A stretch of DNA of 64,000 nt, taken from positions 40,834-104,833 of the IMG/VR virus record IMGVR_UViG_3300007609_001205; one strand, written 5' to 3'. A model generated the notes under the pieces. It searched no databases and was not told where the DNA came from. It worked only from the letters and a program-made list of their open reading frames with translations. A program made the position numbers and the translations under genes. Below, in pieces: positions 11,301 to 21,006 of this stretch; the stretch's first letter is position 1; each line of letters starts with the position of its first letter. This stretch comes from a virus (Duplodnaviria; Heunggongvirae; Uroviricota; Caudoviricetes).

Positions 11301-14138
11301 TGATGGTAATGTTACCGAACCAATAAGATTCTGTGTGTAAATATCAATCCAATAAAGATCCCTTTCTTCTAAGGCATATACATAAGAATCATATGTATTA
11401 TAAATCATCTTCAATGGTGAGTAAGTACCTGATAAAGTAACTTGTGATTCTAAATTACTCGTTATTGAATCATATACCAATACATCATTACCAAGTACAA
11501 AAATTGAACTCGATGGTTGCACATAAAGAATATCCACAATAGATTGTGTTGCTGTTGCATATGTGTTCAATGAATATGTTGCCGTGTTTTGGAATGTGAT
11601 ATTATATGCACTCGAAAATTGCTGATTGTTGAATTGACCACCTGACTGGGTCACGGAAATACACCCTGATTGCTGAAACCCATTAGAGAACCCAACAATT
11701 GCAAATGGAGAATTACCATAACACGCCTGAGTCAATCCCCAAAATGGACCCTCATAACTTAAATTCATTATATATGGATCAAGGAATATTATACTATAAT
11801 CAACATTCTGCAATGTATAAACAGTATTATTTACCCCCATGACCATACCCGTAGAAAATCCAGAATCCTCAAAATGAAGACATGAAAATGTTCCGGACTG
11901 TGTTCCGGATTGTGTCCCAAGTATTACCGAATTTGATGTGAGAAGTGAACCATGGTTCCCTTTGAATTTCTCAGTTATCACATAATTACTATCACCTGGC
12001 AAAACACTTGCACCCGGCTTCACACTTATATCACACCTTTGGGATGGGTCTTTAACATTAAATTTCAATGTTGAGCCAAGATTATCAACATATACACCAA
12101 AATCATCCAAAATAAATTGGTGTTGGTCTATCCAATCCTCCAATGTTTCTACCATCGAAGATACCCCACCCGTTGGAAGGCTGTGTGTTACTGGATATGA
12201 TCGATCATTCACAACAATATCCACATATGGTCCATAACTGAAAGTAACACCCTCAATAGATGGTTCGTGAAAAGTTACCTCTGTGTGTTCTATATAAAAA
12301 TCTGCAGTTGAACCAACACTTACATTGAAATCCATTGGAACATTCGGATATTGAGTTTCTAATTTTATAGAATTCTTATAGGGTGAAATCATACCTATTG
12401 TCTGTAATGTTGGTGCAATACCCAAACTCACCAACTCAGATAGGTTGTTATTATACCACTCAATAAGTGTGGCGTGTATTGTTCGTTCCATATCAATCTG
12501 ACCAGATGAATACACAAATTTTATATCTGCTTGATAAATTTCACCATTTATATTTATGACAAACCCAAATTCGTCAAGGTCAGTGAAGACAATATTATAA
12601 AGGAAATTCTCAGATATATCATAATTATACTCACTTGTAAGTTGTTCTTCAACTTCAATAAGTCTTTCTATTTTCTGATTCGTTGTACCAATATTCACCT
12701 GTGGGGTGGTATCTGTTAAAAAATTAACAATAGTGTATTGCGATGGATGCACAAGGTCGGCCTTTAACTCAGAACCTTCATAATAAAGGTCTATATCAAG
12801 CTCAGAAAAGACATCTGAGTACTTATCAGCAGCAGATGCAAGTGTTACCCCCTCAGAGAAGGTGAAACTCTGTGTGAATGCGAATCTATCAACAGTAAGA
12901 TAAACTTTACCATTTACCCCAATTGTCTCATTCACGGGTGTCTGTTCAACGGGTATATAAGTTGCCGTACTTGACCAATAATCCGTATCATCCGGATTTA
13001 CAGTAGTTACCGGTGGAGTAACAGTAAGGTCTTCACTTATGGAGTTAGCAACCCACGTATATGATTGAACACATTGATATATTTTATTCTTCCATATTAC
13101 TTGCTGACCAACTTGGTATGTTGTTTGGTTAGCATTCCCAACAAATGAAGAAATTGGGGAAACTCTATAAAATTGTTGGTTAGATATCGACTCCGGTATC
13201 TTAAATTCAACACCCGGCTTCAATATTTGAGGAACACCCGAAACAAAATCAATAACACCAACAAAACCAAGTGAGTTGGTTGTTGTTGCATCATAAAATT
13301 GCATTGCTCCCTCATAAACCAAAGGAACATCTGTTCTTGTAAGAACTTCTATGAAAAGTCCCGTGTTGGTTGGTAACTGTGTATTTGATACCGAATACTC
13401 ATAATGACTCATATCAAGTAGGTTATCATTCTTTATAGTAACAATATCAACATCATCAAAATCATTAGTTTGTTTATAATCATCATTACTATCAGTATTA
13501 ACAATATTTATCCTCCTACCAACATCGATCTTAGTGTAGAATTCATCCTCATTCCAAGTGGATAAAGTATTCTGTAATGATGGAGTTATGTAATTATAAA
13601 TACCAAGGGCATCAACAGATGATATCTTCTCGTCATTGTATGACGAATTATTCTGATAAGGATACGTATTATCGAAGAACGAATTTGTTTCATCAGATAA
13701 TATCATAATTGCACCCGGCTTTGTTCTTATAACGAAATACATTCTATTGGGGTCTGTGAATCCAAATATAGGATCATCGAACCGTATCAATGTACCAATA
13801 GGAAATTTCTTATGAAAATCAACACCATAAACCCACTTGGAATAATATGAATCCTCAAAATTAACAGGTTCAATAGATGTCACAACCTCAGACAAAACAC
13901 CGGATTCATAGAAATGAAAGCCATATTCATTAAATAACTGCCATTTATCAAGTGTAAGATTCTCTCCACACTCATAATCAAAAGCATCTACATTTTCAAA
14001 CATATAAATGCCCTGTGTTTTAAATGTGTCTGTTGAATTCTCATGAAAGAGGATATCCCCATCATATCTTTCAATATCTGTATTATACGTAATGTTTAAA
14101 GACTTTCCCTCCTTATCAAAGAACCTAAGATTATTCAT
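8349..14138 (-). CDS. very large virion structural protein (1929 aa; baseplate or tail-fibre candidate)
   Basis: Uninterrupted 5.8-kb ORF that is S/T/N/G-rich, with an SGTQSGTQSGT repeat. It is convergent with the gp25-like gene and carries the late-promoter-like motif upstream. Confidence 0.6.
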   Translation of the reverse strand: MNNLRFFDKEGKSLNITYNTDIERYDGDILFHENSTDTFKTQGIYMFENVDAFDYECGENLTLDKWQLFNEYGFHFYESGVLSEVVTSIEPVNFEDSYYSKWVYGVDFHKKFPIGTLIRFDDPIFGFTDPNRMYFVIRTKPGAIMILSDETNSFFDNTYPYQNNSSYNDEKISSVDALGIYNYITPSLQNTLSTWNEDEFYTKIDVGRRINIVNTDSNDDYKQTNDFDDVDIVTIKNDNLLDMSHYEYSVSNTQLPTNTGLFIEVLTRTDVPLVYEGAMQFYDATTTNSLGFVGVIDFVSGVPQILKPGVEFKIPESISNQQFYRVSPISSFVGNANQTTYQVGQQVIWKNKIYQCVQSYTWVANSISEDLTVTPPVTTVNPDDTDYWSSTATYIPVEQTPVNETIGVNGKVYLTVDRFAFTQSFTFSEGVTLASAADKYSDVFSELDIDLYYEGSELKADLVHPSQYTIVNFLTDTTPQVNIGTTNQKIERLIEVEEQLTSEYNYDISENFLYNIVFTDLDEFGFVININGEIYQADIKFVYSSGQIDMERTIHATLIEWYNNNLSELVSLGIAPTLQTIGMISPYKNSIKLETQYPNVPMDFNVSVGSTADFYIEHTEVTFHEPSIEGVTFSYGPYVDIVVNDRSYPVTHSLPTGGVSSMVETLEDWIDQHQFILDDFGVYVDNLGSTLKFNVKDPSQRCDISVKPGASVLPGDSNYVITEKFKGNHGSLLTSNSVILGTQSGTQSGTFSCLHFEDSGFSTGMVMGVNNTVYTLQNVDYSIIFLDPYIMNLSYEGPFWGLTQACYGNSPFAIVGFSNGFQQSGCISVTQSGGQFNNQQFSSAYNITFQNTATYSLNTYATATQSIVDILYVQPSSSIFVLGNDVLVYDSITSNLESQVTLSGTYSPLKMIYNTYDSYVYALEERDLYWIDIYTQNLIGSVTLPSTAFSLDFNRDNGDVYVTTDTSVLIYNSGSLVQTISGQGYDIVFNEFEGDMYVVSPPTDVRRIDGSTRTVVNTYSVPSVTDDEVIYDPVREAVYFYDSSDLYYIDNNVVISTGIASGTNNYLEFSGVDDSIYASSDAPKFYKRNASNGNQFYNNTVPPAYGYQVLNYYDGDVYISNQDPGNANISVMNSVTGVVRELFTLPVGDNTTRNVFNPDRNSVWFLQPTLSQIIEVVPQVSFVVSNVVVSNPLTVTQSQYGALHPNYTQPDGLWLNTRDYLRRPRYNFNGGITASVYWKWYSDNVPEFFLYDFSGEQLTTDGPLAYIGQKPLPTVHLNNKPNRDIDKVGNSIYQQTVFPRIDHELGFVDDNDDISSTPQPIETFVGYRSREEGALRSVLQLYMKEDIDFTIDVSQDITNEISFSTVVDPVSGKRSGFIKLNPQSNTMFVNRGLEVGQHIAIFLNDVSNASNQYISVNNGYLVKVKAVYSREIEVEFFKEIDFFEDESTIVNGYPSDNSITYLSLRIRVWDKEIGRFFVYGQTENEDIRYKTELNNMGKLISSDDVYIFKEYDIKEEGIDWTFLNKKRKEMLMMRHVIYPYVGAYKSIINAINYFGYNDLELYEYYKNVDRLSKNYMKLFKVEIPDIFDQTVVGWEDNDFLKGTFPNDTYEDTNLFNLTYRITDRDGNSVLTYTLEEVQKKLQGLKYWLQGNIIPLSHKILDITGRTDFVQNTYISHQMRDVTIFNVRESMTPISFRLNESYLMPVNNGSTVYNCVLDFYADQPLGVTQSLPDEYVVDIKTYEIYREWYPLKTYSVGEKVIYFDKVYESVIGDNRLNNPRKYEDVPEWKTGTTYNVSDVVSYNRYNYIFSGYGMTQSVTASVIPPVNDNGGQFTNWIDITEWKEIDLHPIQRISERRLSSNTDPFNFTVDSNIDPFIVVEVSSNNGYGLNWRDRKNYEIKGILDIQELEAFANLTSKQYRNATLGTKRLS

Positions 14139-14204
14139 TTAAATGATCAATTTGGTGTATATATAAAATTAGGTTATTCTCGGACAAATTCATATATTTA
14201 CAAA

Positions 14205-14486
14205 ATGAAAGTAATAATTGTATGGTATGAGAACTTTGTGTTCTTATATAAACATGGGAATAAATTAGGAACTGCTATAACAAATCAAATAGAATATTTG
14301 GAATATTTTGAAGGTACTAAAAAAGAATTCATGGTGAGATACCAAAAAGATTATCCAACTTCATCAAAACAAATTTTCTGCGATTCAAAACACCCACTTC
14401 GATTCCATATCAGACAGGCTATCGAAACATCATCCGAATTCAAAATAGTTGAAAGAAGTAGGAAATTGAAGAATATATTACGATAA
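14205..14486 (+). CDS. hypothetical small protein
   Basis: 93-aa ORF sitting between two minus-strand genes; balanced composition. Confidence 0.3.
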   Translation: MKVIIVWYENFVFLYKHGNKLGTAITNQIEYLEYFEGTKKEFMVRYQKDYPTSSKQIFCDSKHPLRFHIRQAIETSSEFKIVERSRKLKNILR

Positions 14487-15605
14487 TTTATCAGAGGAGG
14501 ATTTATAATTCTCCTCATACTTCTGAAGTATAATATCATACTGTTCTACCATAACTTCTCGAAATTTATCATTTGAATAAGTTTGGCGTTCAATATAGTT
14601 CTTGATATAATTTTCATAATCCAACTTCGTAGTTATCTCAACATCACCATCAGCAGCCTCTAGCAATATCTCTTCTTCATCTTCCTCATCCTCATCATCT
14701 ACTATATCATCAAGATAATCAATTGAAGCAAATCCACCTTTTGACAGTAATATCTCTAAATTCCTACGAATCTTCCTATCGGTAACAAGTAGGTTATTTG
14801 AAATAACAAGGTCTATATAATCCTTAGAATTTATCTCATCATCCAACTTATCAATATCTTCCTTTTCCTTTATAACAATTTCACGGAATATAGGTGAATA
14901 TTTATTTGGTACAAATTCAATCTCACCTGAATCTGGCCGAAGTATGGTTATTCCCTTCTGATCACCACGGTCATTCCTATCCATCTGATACGGAGAACCT
15001 ATAAATGTAAAGTTTTTAGTTCGTTGACGGATATGTATATGACCACTGAAAACATGCTCATATCTCGAAAATGCAGAAACATCAATTTTATCATGGTTTC
15101 TATGTGCAACAGAATTAAGATGCATTCGACAACCATTCAGATCGGAATGACAAAACAAATAATCACCCGGGCTATTCTCTATTTCCTTTATCATATCCAC
15201 TCTATGCTCAACCCAAGGCATAAGTACAAGTTTCTTTTCAGCAAAATCAATTGTAGTTGTTTCTGTATAAACATGAACATCATCTATATGATCGAAAAGC
15301 CTAACCGAATTAACATCATTCGTTCCCTTATTCCATAGATCATGGTTTCCAACTATCATATGAACTGGGAGTATCTTAGATATCTCTGTTATTATCTTCT
15401 CTGCTTTATAAGAAACAATAATAGGAATTGCAGTCCTATTATCATAGAGATCACCACAATGGATAAGAATATCTCCCTCTTCAACATTTTCTTTCAGAAA
15501 TGGTATATAGGAGTTCATAAAATAATCCTCCATCATATCCAACCATTTATCCAAATTATTCAAGTAAACACCAAAGTGCCAATCCGTAGTAATAAAAACC
15601 TTCAT
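14478..15605 (-). CDS. Mre11/SbcD-type nuclease, T4 gp47-like (calcineurin-like phosphoesterase)
   Basis: MKVFITTDWHFG, HCGDLYD and VGNHD are metallophosphoesterase motifs and are collinear with T4 gp47. Acidic C-terminal tail. Confidence 0.8.
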   Translation of the reverse strand: MKVFITTDWHFGVYLNNLDKWLDMMEDYFMNSYIPFLKENVEEGDILIHCGDLYDNRTAIPIIVSYKAEKIITEISKILPVHMIVGNHDLWNKGTNDVNSVRLFDHIDDVHVYTETTTIDFAEKKLVLMPWVEHRVDMIKEIENSPGDYLFCHSDLNGCRMHLNSVAHRNHDKIDVSAFSRYEHVFSGHIHIRQRTKNFTFIGSPYQMDRNDRGDQKGITILRPDSGEIEFVPNKYSPIFREIVIKEKEDIDKLDDEINSKDYIDLVISNNLLVTDRKIRRNLEILLSKGGFASIDYLDDIVDDEDEEDEEEILLEAADGDVEITTKLDYENYIKNYIERQTYSNDKFREVMVEQYDIILQKYEENYKSSSDKLS

Positions 15606-15656
15606 ATAATCTATTGATTTTAAAGGTTATATACATTATCACAGAATATGTTTAAG

Positions 15657-15694
15657 AAAAAAAAAACCCACCAATCGAATAAATGATTGGTGGG
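15657..15694 (-). terminator. intrinsic terminator (CCCACCAATC / GATTGGTGGG stem)
   Basis: 10-bp stem preceded by A10 on the + strand, which reads as hairpin + T10 on the minus strand. It lies between the tail tube and sbcD-like genes. Confidence 0.55.
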
Positions 15695-15716
15695 TTCAAA
15701 AATACACTCAATAGGA

Positions 15717-16343
15717 TTATACATATCCCGCCACGAATGGTGGAGATATTGTAAAGTTATTATCAATAAATTCATCAATCCAGTAATCACAAACAAAACT
15801 AGCATCTGCTTGAAAAATTTCTTTTGATGACCAATCCATTGATGGAGAAGATACAGATTTCAACTGACAGTTTTGGAATGTTACTCTTCGTAGAACAAGA
15901 CCCTTCTTATCATGTTGATTCACTATCATTGTACCAATAGTATCTGCTTTATAATGAAGAGTACCATTCTGTGAATTCCACGCAAGATCATACCAAGCCC
16001 TTAATGTATTCCATGTTTCCATAGAACCTTGGTTATTAACATTCACATTGAATTTAATACTCAAATCATCAATATGTGTCTGTTCCGGACCCGCATCCAA
16101 AAATGCACGTGTAGTGTATTTGAACCTTTGATCCTTTACACCAATTTGTTTATTGGTCAAGTTAAGGTCAATATCTGTTGCTTGTTGTAATAAAAGAACA
16201 GGGTCACGACCTTGTGCTTGTAATATTGTTGGTAAGATAAAAGTAATCTCGAATAAATTCATGAATACTGGCTCTTGTGGATCAGAACCCGGACCACCTG
16301 GTGACCCAGTCATTTGAAGTTGAGTGAAATGTGGTAATGGCAT
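15717..16343 (-). CDS. tail tube protein, T4 gp19-like
   Basis: MNLFEITF matches T4 gp19 PNLFQVEI, and C-terminal SFVCDYWIDE matches LALDYWE. 208 aa. A terminator follows the gene. Confidence 0.75.
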   Translation of the reverse strand: MPLPHFTQLQMTGSPGGPGSDPQEPVFMNLFEITFILPTILQAQGRDPVLLLQQATDIDLNLTNKQIGVKDQRFKYTTRAFLDAGPEQTHIDDLSIKFNVNVNNQGSMETWNTLRAWYDLAWNSQNGTLHYKADTIGTMIVNQHDKKGLVLRRVTFQNCQLKSVSSPSMDWSSKEIFQADASFVCDYWIDEFIDNNFTISPPFVAGYV

Positions 16344-16544
16344 ATGTTTTATGTTTCTTTTTGTTATATATTCCTTAGAATATTCTCTCTTGTATTATAT
16401 ATTCCAAACAAAAAGTCATTTTTTAACTTTCATCACAAAAAAGAAATATAAACATCAGTATATACCACACTAAAAAAGAGTTTTTATATTTTATATATAA
16501 TAATAGACTCACATAAAAAGTGGTCTAAAAATAAAGTATCTGTT

Positions 16545-16727
16545 ATGAGAAATATTAAAGAAAACAAATTAACTTCTGTTATGAAGTTCAATGAGTGGTC
16601 AAAAGAACCAAAGGCCGAGAAAGCCAATGGAGAAGTTACAAATGAATCTGCTAAATGTGATTGCACAGATTGTGATTGCAAAGGAGATTGTAAAAATTGT
16701 GACTGTGATTGTAGTTGCTGTAAATAA
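16545..16727 (+). CDS. small cysteine-rich protein (metallothionein-like CxC cluster)
   Basis: C-terminal 23 residues CDCTDCDCKGDCKNCDCDCSCCK contain 12 Cys arranged as CxC/CC. A TTTTATATATAATAAT motif lies ~60 nt upstream. Confidence 0.5.
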   Translation: MRNIKENKLTSVMKFNEWSKEPKAEKANGEVTNESAKCDCTDCDCKGDCKNCDCDCSCCK

Positions 16728-16744
16728 GACCAAACTAAACATAA

Positions 16745-17371
16745 TCAATTAGAATATAACAATTTACTAAGGGTTATAGGTGATGGGAAATATCCAATAT
16801 CATCTACTTTCCGTCTAACCGAATTGAATAAATTTGAATAGAACATATCATAATCCTTAAAAATAAAATCATTATTATCAACATCCTTTATTGATCGCCT
16901 ACTCTCAATAAAGTCCTTAATATCAATAACATTGAACCTAGAACACGCACCACCAATGACTGCATGTTTGGTATAAGTGTTACCTCTCCTAAAAGGAACA
17001 TCTTTAAAAACCCCCAATTCCTCATTAAGTGATAACAACTCATTGAATACTCGTTCTGTTATTTCTTGGTGCTCAATGAATATCCCACACAGGTTTTCAA
17101 GATGTTGTTCATCAAATCCAAATGGCAAATTCCATTTTTTGGATATACCACTGACACCAACTTTTTCTTCGAGATCCTGTGATGGGAATACTGTGGAAAA
17201 ATAGATATCATACTCAGGTAATTCATTTGTTTCCAATTTTAATTTATCCAATTCAGAATTAACAGATATATAATCACCCTTCAGAAAGTCGGCTTCTATC
17301 GTAGATACTATCTCACGAAATTTATCAAATCCTTGAAAATTTTCATATAGTTTAATATACCTCATCACCAT
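16745..17371 (-). CDS. hypothetical protein
   Basis: 208-aa ORF; nothing recognised. Confidence 0.5.
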   Translation of the reverse strand: MVMRYIKLYENFQGFDKFREIVSTIEADFLKGDYISVNSELDKLKLETNELPEYDIYFSTVFPSQDLEEKVGVSGISKKWNLPFGFDEQHLENLCGIFIEHQEITERVFNELLSLNEELGVFKDVPFRRGNTYTKHAVIGGACSRFNVIDIKDFIESRRSIKDVDNNDFIFKDYDMFYSNLFNSVRRKVDDIGYFPSPITLSKLLYSN

Positions 17372-17444
17372 ATATATTATATTTTAAACATAACAAGGGA
17401 GGGATTATATAAACATATATATGCTATAAAAATAACTTACTATT

Positions 17445-18395
17445 ATGACTCAAAGTAACCATATGTCCGAAGAGGATTATCTCAAAAAATACATAAGCAA
17501 TGATGGTGGCAATAATAACCAATCACTTGAAAATATTGAAAATTACGAGAAGGAAAACACAAATACGAGCAAATCAGGATCACGTACAGAAGACCTACAA
17601 TACTTAACATTTGATATAAATCAATTACCATGTGGTAAATTTTACCCAATGGGTACAATCTTAACCGTAAGAGCAGCACAAGTAAGAGAGATTCAAGCAT
17701 ATTCAATGGTCGATGATAACAACTTTTATGATGTGGTTGAGAAGATGAATGATATGTTAGCATCATGTGTCAGATTAAAAAGACCAGATGGTTCCTTTGG
17801 AACATATTTAGAACTAAAAGACCAAGATAGATTATTCATAATTTTTCTAATAAGAGAACTCACTTTCCAAAAAGGGAACTCACTTGAAGTAAAAGAAAAG
17901 TGTTCTTGTGGAGAAGAAGTTAGTATGGAATTGAAAAGGGAAAATTTCAAATTCCACAAAATAGAACCATCACTGGAAAAGTTCTTTGATAGTTCATCAC
18001 AATCGTTTGTATTTGAGTTGAAAAATGGTACTGTTTTCAACCTAACACCACCAACAATAGGCATACAAAAAGCATTCACTGAATACATAATTGAAGAAAA
18101 TAACCAAAAAAGAAAACCAGACCTATCCTTTTTGAAAATAATACCATTTCTATTAGATGGACGTAGTTCTATAACAAACGAAGGCATCAAGAAAAAATTA
18201 CAAAAGTATCAACAACTTTCACCAAATGAATTCCAATTCTTAAATTCGGCAGTAGATAAACTTACATTCGGGATAAAAAATCTTAGCAGAGAATGCACGT
18301 GTGGTCAGGAGGTCCACACGGAAATGTCATTTCCCAACGGAGCGTCAGGTATTTTCGTTATTCATGATGCCTTTGAAAAGTTTATTAAAGAATAA
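17445..18395 (+). CDS. hypothetical protein with duplicated C-x-C-G-(E/Q)-E-V motif
   Basis: EKCSCGEEV and RECTCGQEVHTE lie ~140 aa apart, suggesting internal duplication and possible metal binding. Confidence 0.5.
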   Translation: MTQSNHMSEEDYLKKYISNDGGNNNQSLENIENYEKENTNTSKSGSRTEDLQYLTFDINQLPCGKFYPMGTILTVRAAQVREIQAYSMVDDNNFYDVVEKMNDMLASCVRLKRPDGSFGTYLELKDQDRLFIIFLIRELTFQKGNSLEVKEKCSCGEEVSMELKRENFKFHKIEPSLEKFFDSSSQSFVFELKNGTVFNLTPPTIGIQKAFTEYIIEENNQKRKPDLSFLKIIPFLLDGRSSITNEGIKKKLQKYQQLSPNEFQFLNSAVDKLTFGIKNLSRECTCGQEVHTEMSFPNGASGIFVIHDAFEKFIKE

Positions 18396-18615
18396 ACTCC
18401 TTATACAAAAACATAATAATGTGAATGAAATGGCACTTGATTGTTGGCCATTTTGGATGTTGGAAGAAAATATCTCTATAATAAATGAAATGGTTGAGGA
18501 AGAAGAAAAAGAACGAAAAAACCAAGAGGATGAACAACAACACTCAATGCCCAATTTCAACCCCGGTCAATATATGAACCAAATGAAAAATATGACAAGT
18601 GGTTTTAAGAAATAA
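18301..18615 (+). CDS. hypothetical small acidic protein (start uncertain)
   Basis: Overlaps the 3' end of the preceding gene; the internal Met at ~18431 is more plausible. Confidence 0.25.
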   Translation: MVRRSTRKCHFPTERQVFSLFMMPLKSLLKNKLLIQKHNNVNEMALDCWPFWMLEENISIINEMVEEEEKERKNQEDEQQHSMPNFNPGQYMNQMKNMTSGFKK

Positions 18616-18658
18616 CCAACCTTTGAAAACCTTATTAAATAATAAGGATATATAATAT

Positions 18659-20296
18659 ATGATATTATCTGAAACCATTCAAGTAAAAACCAAGGGGAAT
18701 AAGAAACTCAAACACTACAATTCACTTGGATACAATACAAGTAAAGAGTTTATAGAAGTTTATATAAAGGACTTGCCTCTATCAATATCCAATGAGGTAT
18801 TAGTAAAATGTGATTATTGTGGCACTGAACACTATAAAAAGTATGTCGATTATAATAGAGTGGCAAGTGATACTAAATACGCATGTTCCCGTAAATGTGG
18901 AACGATCAAAGCAAAAGAAACAATTGAGAATTCCCCAAAAAAAGACCATCCCCTAAAAGGTAAAAAAATAGATCCGGATAAATTAAATGAGATAATCCAA
19001 AAAAGGATAAACACCAACATTGAAAAATATGGTGTTGAACATGTTCTACAAAAAGAAGAAATAAAAGAAAAATTCAAAAAAACCAACATAAAGAAATATG
19101 GGACTGACAACTATGCAAAAACAGACGAATTCATAGAAAGGCAACGAAAAAATACAATCGACAAATATGGTGTTACACATATATCAAAATTAGAAGAAAC
19201 AAAAGAGAAAATAAGAAGAACAAATATAAAGAAATATGGTGTTCCTTCCACATTGAATATTGAACGGGCAAATGAAAACAGACTTGAAGTTTTCAAATCT
19301 GAAGAACACAGAAAGGATTATGAAATATCTAATCACAAAGATTATATAAAATACATAGGAAACAGCACATCACTGTTCATGTGTGAAAAAGGACACGAAT
19401 TTCGAATAAAATATGATAATTATAAAAGTAGATTATCGAATAATATACCTTTATGTACCACATGTTACCCCATAAACAGTTTAACATCCATAAAAGAAGA
19501 AGAACTATACAACCACATATCATCACTATACAACAAAGAAGTCATAAAATCCCACCGGGATATAACGGAATTGGATATATACATCCCAAGCCTCAATATT
19601 GGGTTTGAATTCAATGGGTTATATTGGCATTCAAATAAATTCAAAGACAAGAATTACCATCTGAATAAGACAAATTACTTTAAGAAAAAGAACATAAGAG
19701 TTATACACATATGGGAAGATGAATGGGATAATAAGAAAGAAATAATATTATCACAAACAAAAAACCTACTCAACAAAAGCAATCGAATAGGTGCAAGAAA
19801 ATGCAAAGTTATTGAAATAAATGACACATCCATAAGTAAAGGATTCTTAAATGAAAACCACATACAAGGGAATGATAGATCCAATATTAAAATAGGACTA
19901 TATTACGAAGGAAACTTAGTATCTATTATGACATTTGATAAAAGTGAAGGCAGGAAAAAAATGCCAAATGGTGAATGGAATCTGTCAAGATTCTGTAACC
20001 TTAAAAACACAACAATAATGGGTGGATTCAGTAAATTACTTAAATATTTCATAAAAACATATAGTCCCAATAGAATAATAAGTTATGCAGACCGTTCGTG
20101 GTCAGAAGGAAATGTTTATACCAAAAACGGATTCACTAAAATATCAGAAACAAGACCCGATTATAAGTATTTAGTGAACAACCAAAGAATACACAAATCA
20201 AGGTATAGAAAATCATACACAGGTATCTCCGAATCAGATCTTGACATATTAAAAATATATGACTGTGGGAAGTTGAAATTTGAAATGGTATTATAA
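18659..20296 (+). CDS. DUF559/Vsr-like homing-endonuclease-type protein with KYG repeats
   Basis: Four ~30-aa repeats (IEKYGVEHV / IKKYGTDNY / IDKYGVTHI / IKKYGVPST). The central block DIYIPSLNIGFEFNGLYWHS...IRVIHIWEDEW matches the Vsr/DUF559 fold, followed by a C-terminal domain of unknown function. Confidence 0.6.
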   Translation: MILSETIQVKTKGNKKLKHYNSLGYNTSKEFIEVYIKDLPLSISNEVLVKCDYCGTEHYKKYVDYNRVASDTKYACSRKCGTIKAKETIENSPKKDHPLKGKKIDPDKLNEIIQKRINTNIEKYGVEHVLQKEEIKEKFKKTNIKKYGTDNYAKTDEFIERQRKNTIDKYGVTHISKLEETKEKIRRTNIKKYGVPSTLNIERANENRLEVFKSEEHRKDYEISNHKDYIKYIGNSTSLFMCEKGHEFRIKYDNYKSRLSNNIPLCTTCYPINSLTSIKEEELYNHISSLYNKEVIKSHRDITELDIYIPSLNIGFEFNGLYWHSNKFKDKNYHLNKTNYFKKKNIRVIHIWEDEWDNKKEIILSQTKNLLNKSNRIGARKCKVIEINDTSISKGFLNENHIQGNDRSNIKIGLYYEGNLVSIMTFDKSEGRKKMPNGEWNLSRFCNLKNTTIMGGFSKLLKYFIKTYSPNRIISYADRSWSEGNVYTKNGFTKISETRPDYKYLVNNQRIHKSRYRKSYTGISESDLDILKIYDCGKLKFEMVL

Positions 20297-20334
20297 CCAC
20301 CCAAAAGATACTATGATTATCTAATATATATAGT

Positions 20335-21000
20335 ATGAAATACCTTAAAAACTTTAAATCACTCAACGAAGAAAAAGATTGTGGGTGTGGATGTAATGGA
20401 GATTGTAACGGAAATTATAAATTAAACGAATCTGTGAATATTTCCGAATCTTTGGGATACCATATAGAAAATGACATACCACTCACAGAAAACATATTCA
20501 GATATGGCTCAGAACAATTCTTCAACACTATAAATGAGGCAAGAGAATTGTATTTATCCGGTGATCTAAAACTATCGGAGGAAAATGAGGAATTGGTTAA
20601 AACAGAAATTGGACAAAAGGCCATATTCGAAGGGAATGAAGTTTGGCTTGATATCCCAATGGAGGACGAAACCCCTATAAATGAATCCAAGGATAAGTAT
20701 AAAGGCAAAAAGTCTTCAAAACCAATGAGAGATACATCAGGGGGCAAAGCATATAAAGTATATGTACCCGGTTGTTCCAAGAAAACACCATCAAACCCAA
20801 GAGGTATAAAACTAGTTAGATTTGGATCTGGTGGTCTAAAGGCAAAGTTAAGTGACTCCGATGCCAAAAAACGATACGATTCAAGACATGGCTGTTCCAA
20901 AGGGAAACACAACGATAAATGTAAAGCCGGTTATTGGTCTTGTAGATTACCAAGATATGCAAAGGCACTTGGTCTAAGTGGTGGTGGAAAATGGTGGTAA
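20335..21000 (+). CDS. hypothetical protein with N-terminal CxC cluster and G/K-rich C-terminus
   Basis: DCGCGCNGDCNGN lies near the N-terminus and resembles the C-terminal CxC cluster of the 16545..16727 ORF. Confidence 0.5.
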   Translation: MKYLKNFKSLNEEKDCGCGCNGDCNGNYKLNESVNISESLGYHIENDIPLTENIFRYGSEQFFNTINEARELYLSGDLKLSEENEELVKTEIGQKAIFEGNEVWLDIPMEDETPINESKDKYKGKKSSKPMRDTSGGKAYKVYVPGCSKKTPSNPRGIKLVRFGSGGLKAKLSDSDAKKRYDSRHGCSKGKHNDKCKAGYWSCRLPRYAKALGLSGGGKWW

Positions 21001-21006
21001 TATAAT

